This document shows positions 49,679 through 52,792 of a stretch of 52,792 nucleotides of DNA, piece after piece. Position numbers and translations under genes: made by a program. The DNA is from Octopus bimaculoides (Eukaryota). Numbering within the stretch: position 1 is the stretch's first letter; every line of letters begins with the position of its first letter. Under the pieces are notes generated by a model that did no database searches, was not told the DNA's origin, and saw only the letters and a program-made list of their open reading frames with translations. The DNA lies in NCBI RefSeq assembly GCF_001194135.2, contig NC_068989.1, positions 75,858,106 to 75,910,897 of the forward strand. The letters run 5' to 3'.

Positions 49679-50440
49679 GTAGATGTGCCCGTGACCCATT
49701 GGGTCACAACCAGTCCAAGTTGAAAATGTCGATGCGCAGTGGCAATAGAAAAAATACTATTTCGAACTTCATGCAATAAAATTCTTAGATAATACAATTT
49801 TCCTGCTTTTGGTGTGACAACATAAACACGACCAAGTGTTTCTTCTTTGAAAACATTCAAATGACCTTCAATTTTATTTCTTCGCTTCCTTCTTTGCCAT
49901 TCTTTGTTATTACTGTTCCAAGTGAAATACACGGCTACTTCAGCATGAAGTGGTTTTTTTTTTTATTATTTGCAATGCCATCATTGATGCACAATGAAAA
50001 GAATTCTGTCAATGTTGTTCTCATATGTCGTTCATTGACAGCCATATCCTCATTATTTCTAAGCAATATTCTTTGTTCTTCTGGTAGATCACTTGCAGTC
50101 TCACTATCGCAGGTCCTCTTTCATGAAAAGAAATTCCTAAGATGGATGCAACTGTTTCGGATGGTCCAATATACCTACCCATTAGATATTGACGAATCTC
50201 ATTAACATTGTTTATTTGAACAGCAGCTAGGTCATTTTATTTCGGCATGCACTTGATGACGTACTTAATTGACCTCACTGAGGCAACGATTTTAACGTTG
50301 CAGTAACACTTGAATGCTTTTAGAAGAGTTTCATTATAAGGTATAACCTATTTGTTCTTGTTTGCTTGTCCGTTCTTATGAGATTCAACTCTACCCATTG
50401 CAACTGATCTTCGTCTACAAAGAGATAGTCTCTCTGATTA
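49679..50440 (-). mobile_element. Internally deleted Helitron: Rep/linker coding relic joined to a 3' terminus
   Basis: PYNETLLKAFKCYCNVK..SIKYV, NEIRQYLMGRYIG..ILGISFHERGPAIVRL, TTLTEFF, YFTWN..GRVYVVTPKAGKLYYLRILLHEVR. Terminal hairpin gtgaccc-aat-gggtcac (49691-49707), then 8 nt, then CTAC. Confidence 0.82.
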
Positions 50441-50728
50441 TTTTTCTGCCTTTTGATTAGGATGATAAAGATTGATATTTAAAAAAAAAATAAAATTGTA
50501 ATTTTTTCCCTTTACGAAGAACAAAACAAGTCAAGTACACGTGATTAAAATATTATCTCACAAAAATATAGGAAGAATCTCTATCTTTTAGTCTACGGCA
50601 CTCCGAAAGTTTTATAAATCACTAAGGAGGAAAAAAAAGAAAGTAAGAAAAAAGGACGAACGGCGGTGGCTGCGACGATGCTTTGAAGTACCGCAAATCG
50701 ACATTTTCAGCTTGATTTTTTATCTTAA

Positions 50729-51229
50729 CCCTTCGTGGGATCCCAGCAAATTTTAAAAGTTATGCAACTTTTACATTTTTCATTTAAAGGATTTTATATC
50801 TCATGACTTTCATTGTCAATAGTTTATGCATTCACATACAAATTTTGAGTTAAAAATTTCCAGTCATATGGATGTTATAGCATAAAATATGGTCATTGGG
50901 GTCAAAATGGACCTCATTGACCTTCTGTGGAATTATATTTTTCTGTTCTTTTTTCAGATATTCTGATGAACTATAATTCGATTTTCTTCGTATTTGTACC
51001 GGTATGAATGGATATACTTTTTTCTTTCATTCTTTCTGTTTTATTTTATATTTAGTGCTATGTGTATAGTTTATAAAACTATGAAAAGAAGTGCTGAATT
51101 TCTTGTTCTGTATCATGCACTCACTCATATATACAAGATTAAACTTTATGGATAGTGCAGAAATACGCAGAAATAAAAGGGACTCCAATGACCTTATGTG
51201 TAATTTCAACGCCGCCGGCCCACGAAGGG
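50729..51229. mobile_element. 501-bp piggyBac-type MITE
   Basis: TTAA|CCCTTCGTGGG ... CCCACGAAGGG|TTAA (perfect 11-bp TIR with TTAA TSD); internal ggtcattggggtc / gactccaatgacc subterminal inverted repeats. Confidence 0.85.
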
Positions 51230-51389
51230 TTAAAGGGGGAAATGAGTACTTCATTTGTAATCTTTATCATCTTAATCAAAGGACAAGAGAAGAAAAAAAA
51301 AAACTTTGAGTTTTAGCGTAATATAGATAAGATTGTATTATCTGGGTTTTTTTTCAGAATTGTAGGCCTATCCAACTAGAGCATCTAAA

Positions 51390-52792
51390 ATAATGTCTCA
51401 TAAGAGAAGTTCTTGTGTCACTCAAAGAAACAAAAAATCTGGACGAAGAATTTCGTGCAATTTCAAGTCTCACATGAGAAAAGAAGACCTGTTACTCTAG
51501 AAAAGCATTGTTCGGAAAATAACTGCATGATACCAATCAAACTTCAAATTGTCGGTCGCTACCTGTGCATTGGAGGTACCACCAAAGAAAGGAAAGAAAG
51601 AACAAAGGAAATTTCGAAAGAAGTAACTTGGTTATAGCAAAAGAAATTAAATTTCTAATATTTATCAATTCTTCAAAATGTACAAGCAAAAGTAGAAAAT
51701 TGTACTGAATACCTACAATAAATGTGTAAAACGAGGAAAATTACGATTAATTGAAAGGAACTTTTGGTATCACAAAGGAAAATGGTGAATGGCTGTGCAC
51801 TGAAGTTAGAAGGTTACATTATCTTCAAATTCAAAGCAAAGGACAGGTTGGGCATGCAACTGGAAAGGCAGCCAGTTCCAAAACTATCCGTCCATCCATC
51901 CATCCAAAAGAAGAAAAGTGTCCTTAATGCCAACTTCAACCAGAACAACTTCAGTGTTGTCAACGTCTGAAGCAGAGACAGAAAGTGAATATCAAGAGTC
52001 CGAAAAATCAGATGAAGAATTCATACAAGGAGGAAGTGCAGCAAAACTAGAACTGCAACCAAGTTAGTAATAACTTCTAAGCTATCAACCCAATAAGCAG
52101 CAACAGTTTGTTGACAATTATCTCAAGATGGAATCAATGTCGAGACTCCTTCCCAATCTGGTATTTACAAATCAACTATCAAGCTTTCAAACTAAAAACG
52201 AAAAGGAAGAAAACACTACGTTTAGAAAACTGGTCATTGCATTTTGATGACGAACGTATTGATGACCAAGAATACCAAATGCTAGTTTTTAAAGAATGAA
52301 CAGGAGTTAAGTTAGAAGCACTCCAATTACCAAACGGAAAAGCCGATACTGTTGTGAAAGGAATAACAGCTGTTTTAGATGAATACGATTTATGGAACTG
52401 TGTAATGTTGATTGTCGCTGATACAACGAGTGTGAACACTGAGAAAAGAAATGGCATTGTCATTCAGTTGCAAAGACTGTTTGCTCAAAAGGGTTTGAAA
52501 GAACCGTAATTTATTGGATGTTAGCATCATATCCTTGATAGATCTCTTCGTGTTGTAATGGATAACGAACTTGGAGAAAAAAGTCATCTCTCAATATTGA
52601 ATATACATTCATCTCAGAGCTCCTAACTAATTACGAGAAACTCCAGGCTAATTTCAACAATGGTGAAGAAAAGATTTCTGAATCAGCAGGATGGCGAGAT
52701 GACATGAAATTTCTGTTTCATTTGGCTAGAATCTTTCGTTTCTTTGAAGAAACCGGCAAATTTTCTACTGTAAAGTTTCAAAAAAATACCCT
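51390..52792 (+). pseudogene. Degenerate DDE transposase, hAT-related, truncated by the window edge
   Basis: WSLHFD, IVADTTSVNT..NG, FIGC*HHILDR (CxxH-like), GWRDDMKFL; several stops and frameshifts. Confidence 0.6.

Overview
AT-rich eukaryotic (animal) genomic DNA from a draft assembly. About ten N-gaps are present, almost all bounded by microsatellites. There is no prokaryotic signal, no CRISPR array, no rRNA and no true tRNA gene. The SINE families and extreme microsatellite load resemble coleoid cephalopod (Octopus-like) genomes; this is an inference from recalled repeat sequences, not a database hit. The window is mostly a transposon graveyard: three tRNA-headed SINE families (about 25 copies), a 2.2-kb CR1-clade LINE relic plus two tandem CR1 3' ends, RTE fragments, two Penelope-like GIY-YIG relics, mariner relics and MITEs, a Gypsy-like integrase trace, an internally deleted Helitron, Helentron-type non-autonomous elements, a piggyBac-type MITE and a degenerate hAT-like transposase running off the right edge. 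The only plausible host coding sequence is a Cys-rich terminal exon on the minus strand (27232-27387). The main hidden signal is RNA structure. Five minimal type-I hammerhead ribozyme candidates have intact or near-intact cores (114-177, 5349-5439, 11416-11461, 21983-22066, 45750-45808). There are also two long palindromes carrying outward-facing half-hammerheads and (TA)n-abutting hammerhead-like repeats. Together these suggest a dispersed Penelope/retrozyme-type self-cleaving RNA system. All alignments and folds were done by eye; coordinates of degenerate repeats are approximate.
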